From Methanothrix sp. (GTDB taxonomy: Archaea > Halobacteriota > Methanosarcinia > Methanotrichales > Methanotrichaceae), in assembly GCA_040770465.1 (NCBI GenBank), contig JAXGJB010000003.1, positions 1-64,000 on the forward strand: a stretch of 64,000 nucleotides of DNA. Direction: 5' to 3'. This document shows positions 49,614 through 60,235 of the stretch, piece by piece. Under the pieces are notes generated by a model. That model was not told the DNA's origin. It made no database searches and worked only from the letters and a program-made list of their open reading frames with translations. Position 1 is the first letter of the stretch, and every line of letters starts with the position of its first letter. The position numbers and the translations under genes are program-made.

Positions 49614-51487
49614 CCACACCTCTCCGAATTTGTAAATTCAAAAACCGATTGGTTTATGTAAGGAATTTACTGAGTTGGTATCATGATCGATCCCCTGGTT
49701 TCGCTGGCATTTTCCGTTCAGTCCAACAAGGGCGTATACGCCCTCCTGTTGGGTTCTGGCGTCTCTCGTTCAGCTCAAATTCCGACAGGCTGGGAGATCG
49801 TTTTGGATCTTATAGGAAAGCTGGCGAAACTCGAAAATGAAGATTGCGAACCAGATCCTGCCGCCTGGTACAAGGACACATTTGGCAAAGATCCAGATTA
49901 CTCGGAGTTGCTCGATGCGATCGCCAAATCTCCCGCTGAGCGAAATCAGCTGTTGAAAGCCTATTTTGAGCCCAATGATGAGGAACGTGAAGAAGGGATC
50001 AAGCTACCGACAGAAGCCCACAAAGCGATAGCAAAAATGGTCGCTCGGGGCTACCTTCGAGTTATTGTGACGACGAATTTTGATCATTTGCTAGAAAAAG
50101 CTCTCGCAGAGGAGGGAATCGAACCAACCGTTATCAGCACAGCGGATTCAGTTAAAGGTGCGTTACCACTCGTACACACAAATTGCACCATCATCAAAGT
50201 GAATGGGGATTATCTCGATACTCGAATCAGAAATACTCGTGAAGAGCTGGCAAGTTACGACGAAGAGATCGACAAACTCCTCGATCGCGTCTTTGACGAG
50301 TTCGGTCTAATCGTCTCTGGCTGGTCGGGTGAGTGGGATATTGCCTTACGCTCTGCACTGGAAAGATGCAAGAACCATAGGTTCACAACTTTTTGGACCG
50401 ATATCCGAACCCCAACTGATAGCGCAAAAAAGCTAATCGAACTGCGGAGGGGCGAATTCATTCTCATTCAAAACGCGGATGCATTTTTTGATGGATTAGC
50501 CGAGAAAATCTTCGTATTGGAGGAATACAACGAGCCACATCCACTTTCTGTAAAAGCATTAGTAGCCCAAGTTAAAAAATATATTGTCGATGAGCGTTAC
50601 GAAATTCGTCTTCACGATCTTGTGAATCAAGAAGTGGAGAGGCTTTACAAAGAACTGTTTGATAAAGAAAAATTCCCATTTGATGGTATATCTAATGATA
50701 AGTTCGGTGATGAGTTCAGAAGACAAGTCAAGCTATACGAATCACTCACAAAGCCCGTACTGGCTATGATGATCACAAGATGTCGCTGGGGTAAAGAATC
50801 TCATGAGCATCTTTGGGTAAATTGCCTTGAAAGAATTGCGAATCCTCCTGAGGAAAGAGTAAGAAATCAGTTGTATAACCTGAAACAGCACATGGCCCTT
50901 CTTCTACTCTATAGCAGTGGGATTATTTCCGTTGCTACGGAAAACTATGAGCTATTTTATTCACTTCTGACTAAACCTAAAGTTAGATCCAGGTATGAGG
51001 ATTGGGCGCCCCTTGTCAAATATCTTAGTACATGGTCAGTTGTTGAAATAAACGATCAAAAATCATTACCCGGTATGGAGGGAATAGGTACACCAACGCC
51101 TTATAGTGATTATTTATATAGAAGTCTTCAAGAGCCTCTTAAAGAGTTCCTTCCTCAAGAAACCAGATATCAAAAATGTTTTGATAGGTTTGAATATTTG
51201 TATGGCTTAGTTCAAAGCGACTTTGAGATGGAGGATGGCTTTAGTGCTTCTGGGCATATCGGCAGTTTTGGCTGGAGATATGTTAGCATTATGGAGGAAA
51301 TAGAGGCCGAAGCATCAGGGGCAGGCGTTGATTGGCCACTTCTGAAAGCGGGATTTTTTGGCAGTGATATTGAACGATTCAGACGTGTTAAAAAAGGATT
51401 TGACGATTATGTTAAAGAAATTATAAGGGGGCGGGGATGGAGGTAAAGCGCCATAGTTATACCCGTCAACACCTTCACCACACCTCT
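49614..51487. repeat. 10-bp direct repeat CCACACCTCT bracketing the SIR2 gene
   Basis: Exact copies at 49614-49623 and 51478-51487, close to the composition shifts. Confidence 0.6.
49683..51446 (+). CDS. SIR2-like domain protein (SIR2_2 type) with helical C-terminal domain
   Basis: 'LLLGSGVS...IPTGW', 'IVTTNFDHLLE', 'IKVNGD' and 'GWSGEWD'. AT-rich. Confidence 0.88.
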   Translation: MIDPLVSLAFSVQSNKGVYALLLGSGVSRSAQIPTGWEIVLDLIGKLAKLENEDCEPDPAAWYKDTFGKDPDYSELLDAIAKSPAERNQLLKAYFEPNDEEREEGIKLPTEAHKAIAKMVARGYLRVIVTTNFDHLLEKALAEEGIEPTVISTADSVKGALPLVHTNCTIIKVNGDYLDTRIRNTREELASYDEEIDKLLDRVFDEFGLIVSGWSGEWDIALRSALERCKNHRFTTFWTDIRTPTDSAKKLIELRRGEFILIQNADAFFDGLAEKIFVLEEYNEPHPLSVKALVAQVKKYIVDERYEIRLHDLVNQEVERLYKELFDKEKFPFDGISNDKFGDEFRRQVKLYESLTKPVLAMMITRCRWGKESHEHLWVNCLERIANPPEERVRNQLYNLKQHMALLLLYSSGIISVATENYELFYSLLTKPKVRSRYEDWAPLVKYLSTWSVVEINDQKSLPGMEGIGTPTPYSDYLYRSLQEPLKEFLPQETRYQKCFDRFEYLYGLVQSDFEMEDGFSASGHIGSFGWRYVSIMEEIEAEASGAGVDWPLLKAGFFGSDIERFRRVKKGFDDYVKEIIRGRGWR

Positions 51488-51553
51488 TGATGAAATTCTC
51501 CCGTAACTTATTTGTCCCAATATCCCACTAAATCATCCCTCGGAGTCCCTCCC

Positions 51554-51862
51554 ATGACCGACCAGAAAAGCCCCAAGCATTCCGTCCCGCGGATCGAATC
51601 GATCAGAGTCAAGAACTACCGGGCGCTCTGCGACCTGGAGCTTAAACCCCTCTCGCCCCTCACCGCCCTCCTCGGCCCCAACGGCAGCGGCAAGTCCACG
51701 GTCTTCGACGTCTTCGCCTTCCTCTCCGAGTGCTTCTCGGTGGGATTGAGGCGGGCCTGGGACAAGCGGGGGCGGTTCAAGGAGCTTCACACCCGGGGGA
51801 CCACCGGCCCCATCGAGATAGTTCTGGCTTTCGGGGCAAACCATCTCGAAAACAACTGCTGA
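51554..51862 (+). pseudogene. Truncated ABC/AAA_21-type ATPase
   Basis: '[12 protein letters not shown]' and Walker A 'GPNGSGKS'. Stops after about 100 aa with no signature motif or Walker B. Confidence 0.75.
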
Positions 51863-51876
51863 CCGTTTGAGTACTG

Positions 51877-52368
51877 CTATAAATACTCCGCCTGGATCGC
51901 CACGACCTCGGTGCTATCTTTAGCCGCAGCGTACTCCTCCAGCGGCTCGCGGTTCAGCTCCAAAAAGACGTGCCCCCAGGAGAACTTGGCCAGGATCTCC
52001 TCGGCCTGGGGCCGCTGGCCGAGGATCACCAGGGCCGCGGCGAAGGCCTCGACGGTGGATAGCTTGAAGGGCTTTCCGAAGTTGACGGGGTTTGCGGCGA
52101 CGAGGAAGGGGAGCGCCCTCCCTTTGAAATGCATCTTGCCGAAGACCTCCTCGGCGTGGGCCCAGGAGCAGTCGAGGGCGGCGAGCCCCCGGCCCACCTC
52201 GGACCGGTCGGCGGGTGAGAGGGCCCGCTCGGAGAAGGGGCTCAATACCAGGTGGCCCCGGAGCTGGTTGTACCGTTTGGTGGTCCGAGCGAGACCGAAC
52301 CTCTCCAGCTTTCTTCCGGTGCACCTCTTGGGATCGCACTGGTTTGCGGAATAGATGAGCAGCTCCAT
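51877..52368 (-). CDS. tsr3: 16S rRNA aminocarboxypropyltransferase (DUF367)
   Basis: 'QCDPKRCTG', 'LDCSW' and '[25 protein letters not shown]'. Confidence 0.93.
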   Translation of the reverse strand: MELLIYSANQCDPKRCTGRKLERFGLARTTKRYNQLRGHLVLSPFSERALSPADRSEVGRGLAALDCSWAHAEEVFGKMHFKGRALPFLVAANPVNFGKPFKLSTVEAFAAALVILGQRPQAEEILAKFSWGHVFLELNREPLEEYAAAKDSTEVVAIQAEYL

Positions 52369-52463
52369 GGACCGTTCTTCTACCGATAATCCTATTAACG
52401 TTGTTTGCAACTCTGGCAGCATCATTCCCTTTAGCGGAAAAAATGAACTCAGAGGCCATCCCG

Positions 52464-55052
52464 ATGAGCGAGATCTCCAAGGAGTACGATTTCAAACAGG
52501 TTGAAGAGAGGTGGGTGGACAGCTGGGACGAGTCCATCTACTATTTCGACTGGAACTCCAGCGCGCCCCAGTACATAATCGATACGCCGCCGCCTTACCC
52601 CACCGGAAACTTCCACATAGGCAACGCCCTCAACTGGTGCTACATCGACTTCGTCGCCCGGTACAAGAGGATGAGGGGCTACAACGTAATGTTCCCTCAG
52701 GGCTGGGACTGCCACGGCCTTCCCACCGAGGTGAAGGTGGAGGAGATCCACAAGATCACCAAAAACGAGGTCCCGAGGGAGGAGTTTCGCCGCCTCTGCG
52801 AGGAGCTGACCGCCCAGAACATCGCGAAGATGAGGGTGACGATGCGAAGGCTCGGCTTCTCCAACGACTGGTCCAACGAGTACGTGACGATGCTCCCGGA
52901 GTACTACTCCAAGACCCAGAAGTCCTTCGTCCAGATGTTCAATAAGGGGATGATCTATCGGGAAGACCACCCCGTCAACTGGTGTCCCCGCTGCGGCACG
53001 GCCATCGCCTTCGCCGAGGTGGAGTACGACTCCCGGACGACGAGCCTCAGCTACCTCCGCTTCGGCTCGGAGCTGGGAGACCTGGAGATCGCCACCAGCC
53101 GTCCCGAGCTTCTGGCGGCCTGCGTCGCCGTCGCCGTCCACCCCGAGGACGAGAAGAACCGGAAGTACATCGGAACCGAGGTGCGGGTTCCCGTCTTCGA
53201 CTATTCCGTTCCGGTGATCGCCGACGAGGTCGTAGACCCTGCCTTCGGGACCGGGGTCGTCATGATCTGCACCTTCGGCGACAAGCAGGACGTCCGATGG
53301 TGGGTCGAGCACGACCTCCCCCTCCGCCAGGCGATCGACCGGTCTGGTAGAATGACCGAGATCGCGGGCAAGTTCGCCGGCATGAAGATCTCTGAGTGCA
53401 AGGACGCCATCATCGAAGAGATGAGGTCAAAGGGGACGATCTACAAAGAGGAGCCCCTCGACCAGAACGTCGGCCTCTGCTGGAGGTGCAAGACCGCCAT
53501 CGAGATCCTATCCGAGAGGCAGTGGTTTGTCAAGATCGACCCCGACGAGATAATCAAGACGTCCGCCGAGATAAAGTGGGTTCCCGATCACATGGAGACG
53601 AGGCTTAAGAACTGGACCGGGACGATGGACTGGGACTGGTGCATATCGCGCCAGAGGATATTTGCGACGCCGATCCCCGTCTGGTACTGCAAATCTTGCG
53701 GCGAGCCTCTCGTCGCCAAAGAGGAGATGCTCCCCCTCGACCCGAACCGGGAGATGCCGCCGGTCTCGTGTCCAAAATGCGGCTCCGGCGAGTTCGAGCC
53801 CGAGACGGACGTCCTCGACACCTGGATGGACAGCTCCATCTCGGTTCTGAACGTCACGGGCTGGCTGAGCGACCATCCGCCCCGCTACCCTGCCCAGCTC
53901 CGACCCCAGGGCCACGACATAATCAGGACCTGGGCCTTCTACACCATCCTCAGGGCCAAAGCCCTGGTGGGGACGAGGCCATGGGATTCTATCCTCGTCA
54001 ACGGGATGGTCCTCGGCGAGGACGGCCACAAAATGTCCAAGTCCCTGAACAACTTCATAGCTCCCGAAGAGGTGGTGGCGAAGTACGGAGCCGACGCCTT
54101 CCGGCAATGGGCCGCCGTCGGCGGAAGCCCCGGAAGCGACGTAATGTTCAGATGGAAGGACGTCATCAGCGGCGGCAGGTTCCTCCAGAAGCTCTGGAGC
54201 ATGTACCGGTTTTCAGCCCCCCACGCCGTCAAGTCCGGCGACGCCACAAAAAACCAGGTCGACCGCTGGCTCCTCTTTGAGCTATCACGGATGATCGAGT
54301 CGGTCACCGACTCGATGGAGAGGTTCGCCTTCGACGAGGCCTTCCGGGCCATCAGGGGATTTGCCTGGGACGAGTTCGCCGACAACTACATCGAGCTTGT
54401 CAAGTCCCGGCTCTACGGCCCCGACGGCCCCGAGAAGAGGGCGGCCCAGTCGACGATCTACGCCGCCATCGAGGCCCTGACGAGCCTTCTTGCGCCTTTC
54501 ACCCCCTTCATCGCCGAGGAGATCAGAATAAGCCTCTCCGGCGAGTCGGTCCACACCGCCCTCTGGCCGGAGCCCCTGGAGATCTCGCCCCAGCCCGAGG
54601 GAAGCCTGATCAAGGACGTTGCAGCGGCTGTGAGAAGGTACAAGTCGGACCGGGGGATGGCCCTCAACTCGCCCCTGGCCGAGATCGAGGTCTACTCGGA
54701 CCTGGACCTGGAGACGACCGACCTCTCCGGCTCCACCAGCTCGCCTGTTTCCGTCAGAGGCGGCAAACCTGAGATCGAGACGAGGGCCGTCGAGGTGAAG
54801 CCTCAGATGAAGGCGATAGGTCCCGTCTTCAAGGACAGGAGCGGGGAGATCATCCGAAAGCTCTCGTCCATGGACCCCGAAGCTGTGGCCGGGATGGCCG
54901 CGGCCGGAAAGATCGTTCTGGAGCTGGCCGACGGCGCGGTGGAGCTGGGACCCGAGGCAGTCGAGATCGCCACCGAGACCCTCTCGGCGGGGAGGGCCGT
55001 CGAGATGATCGTTCTCGCTGGCGCCACCGTCCTCATCAGGACAGGATCATGA
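52464..55052 (+). CDS. valS: Valine--tRNA ligase
   Basis: 'DTPPPY', HIGN, 'DWCISRQR', 'DVLDTW' and KMSKS. Confidence 0.97.
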   Translation: MSEISKEYDFKQVEERWVDSWDESIYYFDWNSSAPQYIIDTPPPYPTGNFHIGNALNWCYIDFVARYKRMRGYNVMFPQGWDCHGLPTEVKVEEIHKITKNEVPREEFRRLCEELTAQNIAKMRVTMRRLGFSNDWSNEYVTMLPEYYSKTQKSFVQMFNKGMIYREDHPVNWCPRCGTAIAFAEVEYDSRTTSLSYLRFGSELGDLEIATSRPELLAACVAVAVHPEDEKNRKYIGTEVRVPVFDYSVPVIADEVVDPAFGTGVVMICTFGDKQDVRWWVEHDLPLRQAIDRSGRMTEIAGKFAGMKISECKDAIIEEMRSKGTIYKEEPLDQNVGLCWRCKTAIEILSERQWFVKIDPDEIIKTSAEIKWVPDHMETRLKNWTGTMDWDWCISRQRIFATPIPVWYCKSCGEPLVAKEEMLPLDPNREMPPVSCPKCGSGEFEPETDVLDTWMDSSISVLNVTGWLSDHPPRYPAQLRPQGHDIIRTWAFYTILRAKALVGTRPWDSILVNGMVLGEDGHKMSKSLNNFIAPEEVVAKYGADAFRQWAAVGGSPGSDVMFRWKDVISGGRFLQKLWSMYRFSAPHAVKSGDATKNQVDRWLLFELSRMIESVTDSMERFAFDEAFRAIRGFAWDEFADNYIELVKSRLYGPDGPEKRAAQSTIYAAIEALTSLLAPFTPFIAEEIRISLSGESVHTALWPEPLEISPQPEGSLIKDVAAAVRRYKSDRGMALNSPLAEIEVYSDLDLETTDLSGSTSSPVSVRGGKPEIETRAVEVKPQMKAIGPVFKDRSGEIIRKLSSMDPEAVAGMAAAGKIVLELADGAVELGPEAVEIATETLSAGRAVEMIVLAGATVLIRTGS

Positions 55053-55579
55053 TCGAGGTCGAGGTCAAGGCCCGGGCTCCTCCGGGGATCGAGTCGAAGA
55101 TCGCGGGCCTCGGCGGCAAGCTCGTCGGGGTCGAAGACCACCTCGACCTCTACTTCAACTCTCAGGCTCGCAACTTCAGAGTGACCGACGAGGCTCTCCG
55201 GATCAGGATCAAGGGGGCTGGAGCATACCTCACCTACAAGGGGCCGAAGCTCGACTCTGAGACGAAGTCCCGGCTGGAGCTGACCGTCCAGGTCGCCGAC
55301 CCCGGAGCGATGGAGTCGATCCTGGAGTCGATAGGCTTTTTCCGGGCCGCCGTCGTGAAGAAGAGGAGGACCAAGTACTCCCTGGCCGAGGCGATCGTCG
55401 CCGTCGACGAGGTGGAGGGGCTTGGAACCTTCATCGAGGTGGAGCTGGCCGGCGGTGAGGAGTGGGGGGCTCAGAAGAGGGCCGCCCTTGAGATTTTGGA
55501 GCGGCTCGGGATCAATGAGTCGATACGAAAGTCCTACCTAGAGCTTCTGGCCGAGGTGGAGAGACGAGATGCCCTCTGA
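55049..55579 (+). CDS. cyaB: Class IV adenylate cyclase / CYTH protein
   Basis: 'IEVEVK', 'DEALRIR', 'LTYKGPK' and 'GLGTFIEVE'. Confidence 0.9.
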   Translation: MIEVEVKARAPPGIESKIAGLGGKLVGVEDHLDLYFNSQARNFRVTDEALRIRIKGAGAYLTYKGPKLDSETKSRLELTVQVADPGAMESILESIGFFRAAVVKKRRTKYSLAEAIVAVDEVEGLGTFIEVELAGGEEWGAQKRAALEILERLGINESIRKSYLELLAEVERRDAL

Positions 55580-56480
55580 AAAAACGCCATCTGAAAAAAT
55601 GCCATCGGGATCGATCGTCGAGCGGGCCCTCCCCATGGCGGCGATGATGACTCTGGTGGTGGCGGTCCAGCTCTTCTCCCTCGCCCTGATGCCCCCCCTC
55701 TCCGAGACGGAGGTGAGGGTCTTCGAGAACCCCGAATCTGCCGCCAACCCCTTCAGCTACATCATCCTGGTCCTGGGGTTCACCCTCTTCATCCTGATGG
55801 CGATGAGGCTTAAGAAGGGCTGGATCGTGAGCGGCGTCGTCCTTCTGGCGATGGCGATGGGGGTCTACTACGTCATCTCAGCCTTCGTTTCGCCCCTTCC
55901 AGCGCTCATCATCTCCCTCGCGGTCCTGGCGATGCTGCACATATATCCTGAGTGGTACGTCATCGACCTTGTGGGCCTTCTCGTCTGCGCTGGGGTGGGA
56001 ACCCTCTTCGGCCTCAGCATGACCCCATTTCCGGCCCTCATCCTCCTTCTGGTCCTCGCGGTCTACGATGCCATATCCGTCTACAAGACCCGCCACATGG
56101 TGACCCTGGCCGAGGGGGTGATGGAGATGAGAGCCCCCCTCCTCTTCGTCGTCCCCCGGAGGTGGAGCTACAGCTTCCGAAAAGAGGGCATGGGATCCGG
56201 GGAGGATCGGGGCGCTTACTTCCTCGGCCTCGGCGATGCCATAATCCCGACGGTTCTGGTGATCTCGGCCAACTGGTCGCTCTCCCTCCCCGAGTTTGAG
56301 ATCTTCGGAATCGGGGCCAACCTTCCGGCCCTGGGTGCGATCCTCGGCACCTGCCTCGGATTCGCCGCCCTTTCCGCCACCTCTCGGGATAAGCCCCAGG
56401 CGGGCCTCCCCTTCCTCAACGGAGGCGCAATCCTCGGATTTCTCCTGGCCGCCATGGCATCTGGGGTCGCCGTCTTCTGA
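55569..56480 (+). CDS. Presenilin-family intramembrane aspartyl protease (PSH)
   Basis: 'AVYDAISVY', 'LGLGD' and 'QAGLPFLN'. Confidence 0.92.
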   Translation: MPSEKTPSEKMPSGSIVERALPMAAMMTLVVAVQLFSLALMPPLSETEVRVFENPESAANPFSYIILVLGFTLFILMAMRLKKGWIVSGVVLLAMAMGVYYVISAFVSPLPALIISLAVLAMLHIYPEWYVIDLVGLLVCAGVGTLFGLSMTPFPALILLLVLAVYDAISVYKTRHMVTLAEGVMEMRAPLLFVVPRRWSYSFRKEGMGSGEDRGAYFLGLGDAIIPTVLVISANWSLSLPEFEIFGIGANLPALGAILGTCLGFAALSATSRDKPQAGLPFLNGGAILGFLLAAMASGVAVF

Positions 56481-56540
56481 AGGTTCACCGACAACTTTTT
56501 TTTGACGGCACCGCATCTTTGTATCCAGGAGGTCTCTGAG

Positions 56541-56738
56541 GTGAACGATAACGACGTTGTTCTCGAGGCGCAGTTTGTGCCCTTCTGCCCGAAGTGCGGG
56601 ACCGAGTGCGAGGCGAGGGAGCTGAGGCGGGCCCTCGACTCGAACAACTGGAAGAAGATCGTGATTGAGGCGATCTACTACTGCCCCAAGTGCGACAACT
56701 ACTGGAGCGAGGGGCTTTTGGAGAAGGGGTACAAGTGA
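56541..56738 (+). CDS. Small zinc-ribbon protein
   Basis: Two 'CPKC' motifs and GGAGG upstream of the GTG. Confidence 0.75.
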   Translation: MNDNDVVLEAQFVPFCPKCGTECEARELRRALDSNNWKKIVIEAIYYCPKCDNYWSEGLLEKGYK

Positions 56739-56744
56739 CCTGAA

Positions 56745-57824
56745 ATGGTCCATATGGTGGAGGAGGGGTCGGTCACCCTCAACGTCGAAGGGGCGTTCTT
56801 CAACCCCCGGATGAAGCTGAACCGGGACGTTGGTGTGGCGGTGACAAAGGCCCTCGGCATCTCCGATTATCTTGACGCCCTAGCCGCCAGCGGAGCCCGG
56901 GGCTTCCGGGTGGCGAAAGAGGCGGACGTACCTCACGTGACCTTGAATGACGTCAGCCCGAAGGCCGTCCTCCTCCTCAAAGAGAACGCAAAGAGGAACG
57001 GCCTTGGGGCTTGCGAGATACTCTCCTCCAACGCCAACGTCCTCCTCCATCAGAGACGCTTTGAGGCCGTCGACCTCGACCCCTTTGGGTCCCCCTCCCC
57101 TTTCCTGGCGGCGGCGGCGCGATCGGCTCTCCGCTACCTCTTCATCACCGCTACGGATACCGCCCCCCTCTGCGGGGCCCACCTCAAAAGCGGAATAAGA
57201 AAGTACATGGCAGTCCCCGTCAAGGCCGAGCACCACCGGGAGATGGGGGCAAGGATTCTCCTGGGGGCGGTGGCAAGGGAGCTTGCAAGGGTCGACAAGG
57301 GGATGCGCCCGATCCTGACCCACGCCACCGACCATTACGTCCGGGTATACACCGGAATCGAGAAGGGGGCGAAGAACGCCGACAAGACCCTCGACGGCAT
57401 GGGCTACATCGAGCAGTGTAAAAGCTGCGGGCGATGGCGAGCCGTCCCGGGCGTCGGCTGCCGGTCCTCGGGGAGGTGCTCCTTCTGCGGGGGGAGGGCC
57501 GATGCTGCAGGACCCCTATGGCTTGGGCCGATCCAGGATCGCGAACTGATAGGAAAGGCCCTGATGGTTCTGGAGGGCTCGGAGGCCCGGTCCGATCGCG
57601 GAGTCCGGCTTCTCCAGCTCTGCAAGGATGAGATAGACGAGCCGATGTACTACGATCAGCACAAACTTTGCAGAAAATTCAAGGCTACTCCAGGGACTGC
57701 CGAAGATCTCGTCGAGACGATCCGCTCTCGCGGCTGGAAAGCCTCACGAACTCATTTCAGCGGAGTAGGGATCAAGACCGATGCGCCCTACGACGTATTG
57801 AGGGAGGTTTTGTGCGCCGTTTGA
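56745..57824 (+). CDS. trm1: tRNA (guanine26-N2)-dimethyltransferase
   Basis: 'FFNPRMKLNRD', 'DLDPFGSP', 'TATDTAPLCG', 'GPLWLG' and 'IKTDAP'. Confidence 0.95.
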   Translation: MVHMVEEGSVTLNVEGAFFNPRMKLNRDVGVAVTKALGISDYLDALAASGARGFRVAKEADVPHVTLNDVSPKAVLLLKENAKRNGLGACEILSSNANVLLHQRRFEAVDLDPFGSPSPFLAAAARSALRYLFITATDTAPLCGAHLKSGIRKYMAVPVKAEHHREMGARILLGAVARELARVDKGMRPILTHATDHYVRVYTGIEKGAKNADKTLDGMGYIEQCKSCGRWRAVPGVGCRSSGRCSFCGGRADAAGPLWLGPIQDRELIGKALMVLEGSEARSDRGVRLLQLCKDEIDEPMYYDQHKLCRKFKATPGTAEDLVETIRSRGWKASRTHFSGVGIKTDAPYDVLREVLCAV

Positions 57825-57921
57825 TCAAGCCGGGCTCGGCTCCATCTCCTCTGGTGGGGAATACGGCGACCTCATCTTCGGCTTGACCCGAAAGTTAATA
57901 AGGGATAAAGAACATATGCTG

Positions 57922-58130
57922 AGATGGCCACAGCGCCAAGATGCTCTGTGGATTAGTGGCACGAGATGATGAAATATTACCCCCTTCATTGCTACTCCCT
58001 TACGTCACCTCGTGCCAACCCTTCAATGAACCTGTTTTAGAGCACCACATCTGCGAACTGTTGCAACTCTCTCTGCTTTTCTCTTGACCTGCCTATCTGA
58101 CTCCCTCGTCCAGGTATCCCCTTTTATGAT
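57922..58130 (+). ncRNA. Candidate intergenic sRNA
   Basis: BRE/TATA GAAAGTTAATA at about 57890. Hairpins CCACAG/CTGTGG and TGGCACGAG/CTCGTGCCA, C-rich loops and pyrimidine tracts. Confidence 0.5.
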
Positions 58131-58225
58131 ATCAGCTCTCGGTTCGGTCCTTCTGCAGCTCAGCTTTGCGACCAACCATCCATCAGGCAAATGATAAAAT
58201 AAAATGGACAAAAGACCTGGTCGCC

Positions 58226-58888
58226 ATGAAGATCGCGGTGGTTGGAGGAACTGGCGATTGCGGCCAGGGATTTATAAAGCGCTGGGCAATAGAGCACGAG
58301 ATCATCATAGGATCGAGGAGGGCTGAGAAGGCCGAGGCTGCAGCTGCAGAGCTAACCTCCTTTTTAAAGGAGAGGGGGATCAACGCCAGGATCGAGGGGA
58401 TGGAGAACGGCCGCGCCATCGAGGCGAGCGAGATCGTCGTCCTCAGCGTACCTTACAAGTTCATCGAGTCGATGACCGTCGACCTGAAGAGAAGTTACAC
58501 CGACCAGATCGTGATATCTCCCGTCGTCCCCATGGCCAGGGTGGATAAGCATTTCGAGTACACGCCGCCGGCCCAGGGAAGCGCCGCCCTCCTGGTCAAA
58601 GATCTCCTTCCCCCCTCAGTACGATTGGTCGCCGGATTTCATACGATATCTTACGCCGCCTTTGGGGATCTGGACAAACGAGTTGAAGGCGACGTCCTGA
58701 TCGCCGGCGACGACCCCAGAGCGAAAGAGGTTGTGGCAGACCTGGTCCGGATGGTAAAAGACCTCAGGCCCCTGGACGGCGGACCCCTGAAGGCCGCAGC
58801 CCAGATAGAGGGACTGACGCCTCTACTGCTGAACATAAGCAGGCTAAACAAGGTAAAGAACGCCGGCATATCCGTGATCGAGGGCTGA
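58226..58888 (+). CDS. npdG: NADPH-dependent F420 reductase
   Basis: 'MKIAVVGGTG..G.G', 'IGSR', 'SPVVP', 'AGFHTIS' and 'DGGPL...IEGLTPLL'. Confidence 0.92.
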   Translation: MKIAVVGGTGDCGQGFIKRWAIEHEIIIGSRRAEKAEAAAAELTSFLKERGINARIEGMENGRAIEASEIVVLSVPYKFIESMTVDLKRSYTDQIVISPVVPMARVDKHFEYTPPAQGSAALLVKDLLPPSVRLVAGFHTISYAAFGDLDKRVEGDVLIAGDDPRAKEVVADLVRMVKDLRPLDGGPLKAAAQIEGLTPLLLNISRLNKVKNAGISVIEG

Positions 58889-58898
58889 GGCCGCCTCT

Positions 58899-60170
58899 TT
58901 AGAGGATTCCTCCTACGAGGTCTTCGGGGCTGAGACCAGACATCTTTAGGATCAGGTATGCCCCCAGGACCGTCCCCGCCACGCTCCCGATGTTGGCGAG
59001 GGCGGCGACCAGTATCACCCGGAAGAGGGGTATCGCCATCAGCTCCTTGAATGTCTCGGCATCGGCGAGCTTTTTGGTGTCGGCCATGGTGGGCTTTCTC
59101 TTCCAGGCCTCCACTATCCCCGCAAACCAGCCCGCAGCCATCAGGGGGTTCAAGCTCGTGAGCCAGGCGACCATGAAGGCGGTCAGAGCGGAGAGGGGGT
59201 GGCCCCGGGCCAGGACCACGCCTAGGGCGCTGAGGACGCCGTTCACGATAAACCAGATCTTGAGGGCTGAGATGATGGTCTGGCTATCGCTTCCGGCGAT
59301 CAGGACGGCGGCGATGGTGATCAGCACGAGGAGCATCAGAAGGGCTCCGAAGAGCTTGGGGGCCGAGAACCTCCTCTTGGGCGGCTGGGCCATGGCTTCC
59401 AAGGGGGGTATCTTTTCGGGGTGGTCCAGGTATTTTGTGATCCCTTCCCGGTGGCCGGCGCCAACCACCGCCAACACCCTTCCCGTCCGACCGAGCTGGA
59501 TCAGGTTTCGGGCGATGTAGGCGTCTCTCTCGTCGATCAGGACCGAGGCGGCCCGGGGGGACACGCCCCGGAACTCCTCGATGATCGCGGAGACGACGTC
59601 CTCCTCGGTCACCTTGTCGATGTCGATCTCTTCCCCCTTCCCGAAGGCGGCGGGGATCATGGAGACGACCAGCTTCGCCTTCTCCAAAAAGCTCATGGAA
59701 GACCAGAACCTCTGGATGGTGACGGCGATGTCTCTATCCACCAGGGCCACCCTGGCTCCGACGGCGTTGGCGGCCTCGATGGCGGCGATCATCTCAGACC
59801 CTGGCTTGACACCCAGCTCCGATCCGATCTTCTTCTGGACGTAGGCGAGGAACCACTGGACCAGGAGGAGGTAGAGCTTGCCGCCGCTGAGGATCTCCTT
59901 TATCTGGATCTCTCCCGTCTCCTCCTGCCCGGTGAGGGCCCGGTACCTCCCCTGACAGAGCTCCACGGCCACGACATCCGGACGGAGCTCCTCGATGGCC
60001 CGTCTCACCTCCTGGACGCTCTTTTCGGAGACGTGGGCAGTCCCCACGATCACGATCTCGCCTTTCGTCTCTTTCGGAGGGAGGGGCCCTTCTTCCCCCG
60101 GACTTGCGCCGCCTGATTTTATCTCTTCCAATTCCATCCCCTCGGGATTGGCCATCCCAGGGACGCTCAC
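58899..60170 (-). CDS. TraB/GumN family membrane protein
   Basis: 'VGTAHVS', 'VAVELC', 'IDERD' and 'VVGAGH', with C-terminal TMs. Confidence 0.9.
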   Translation of the reverse strand: MSVPGMANPEGMELEEIKSGGASPGEEGPLPPKETKGEIVIVGTAHVSEKSVQEVRRAIEELRPDVVAVELCQGRYRALTGQEETGEIQIKEILSGGKLYLLLVQWFLAYVQKKIGSELGVKPGSEMIAAIEAANAVGARVALVDRDIAVTIQRFWSSMSFLEKAKLVVSMIPAAFGKGEEIDIDKVTEEDVVSAIIEEFRGVSPRAASVLIDERDAYIARNLIQLGRTGRVLAVVGAGHREGITKYLDHPEKIPPLEAMAQPPKRRFSAPKLFGALLMLLVLITIAAVLIAGSDSQTIISALKIWFIVNGVLSALGVVLARGHPLSALTAFMVAWLTSLNPLMAAGWFAGIVEAWKRKPTMADTKKLADAETFKELMAIPLFRVILVAALANIGSVAGTVLGAYLILKMSGLSPEDLVGGIL

Positions 60171-60235
60171 CTAAAAAACCCTTTGCGCGGCCGGAGGGAA
60201 TAAAGTCGGGCGTACTCGCTCGTCGCCCGTCCGCG

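Noticed and set aside
57966-58100. C/D box sRNA (ATGATGA ... CTGA)
   Set aside because: The putative boxes are about 130 nt apart, far longer than typical archaeal C/D guides, and the C box is buried in a stem.
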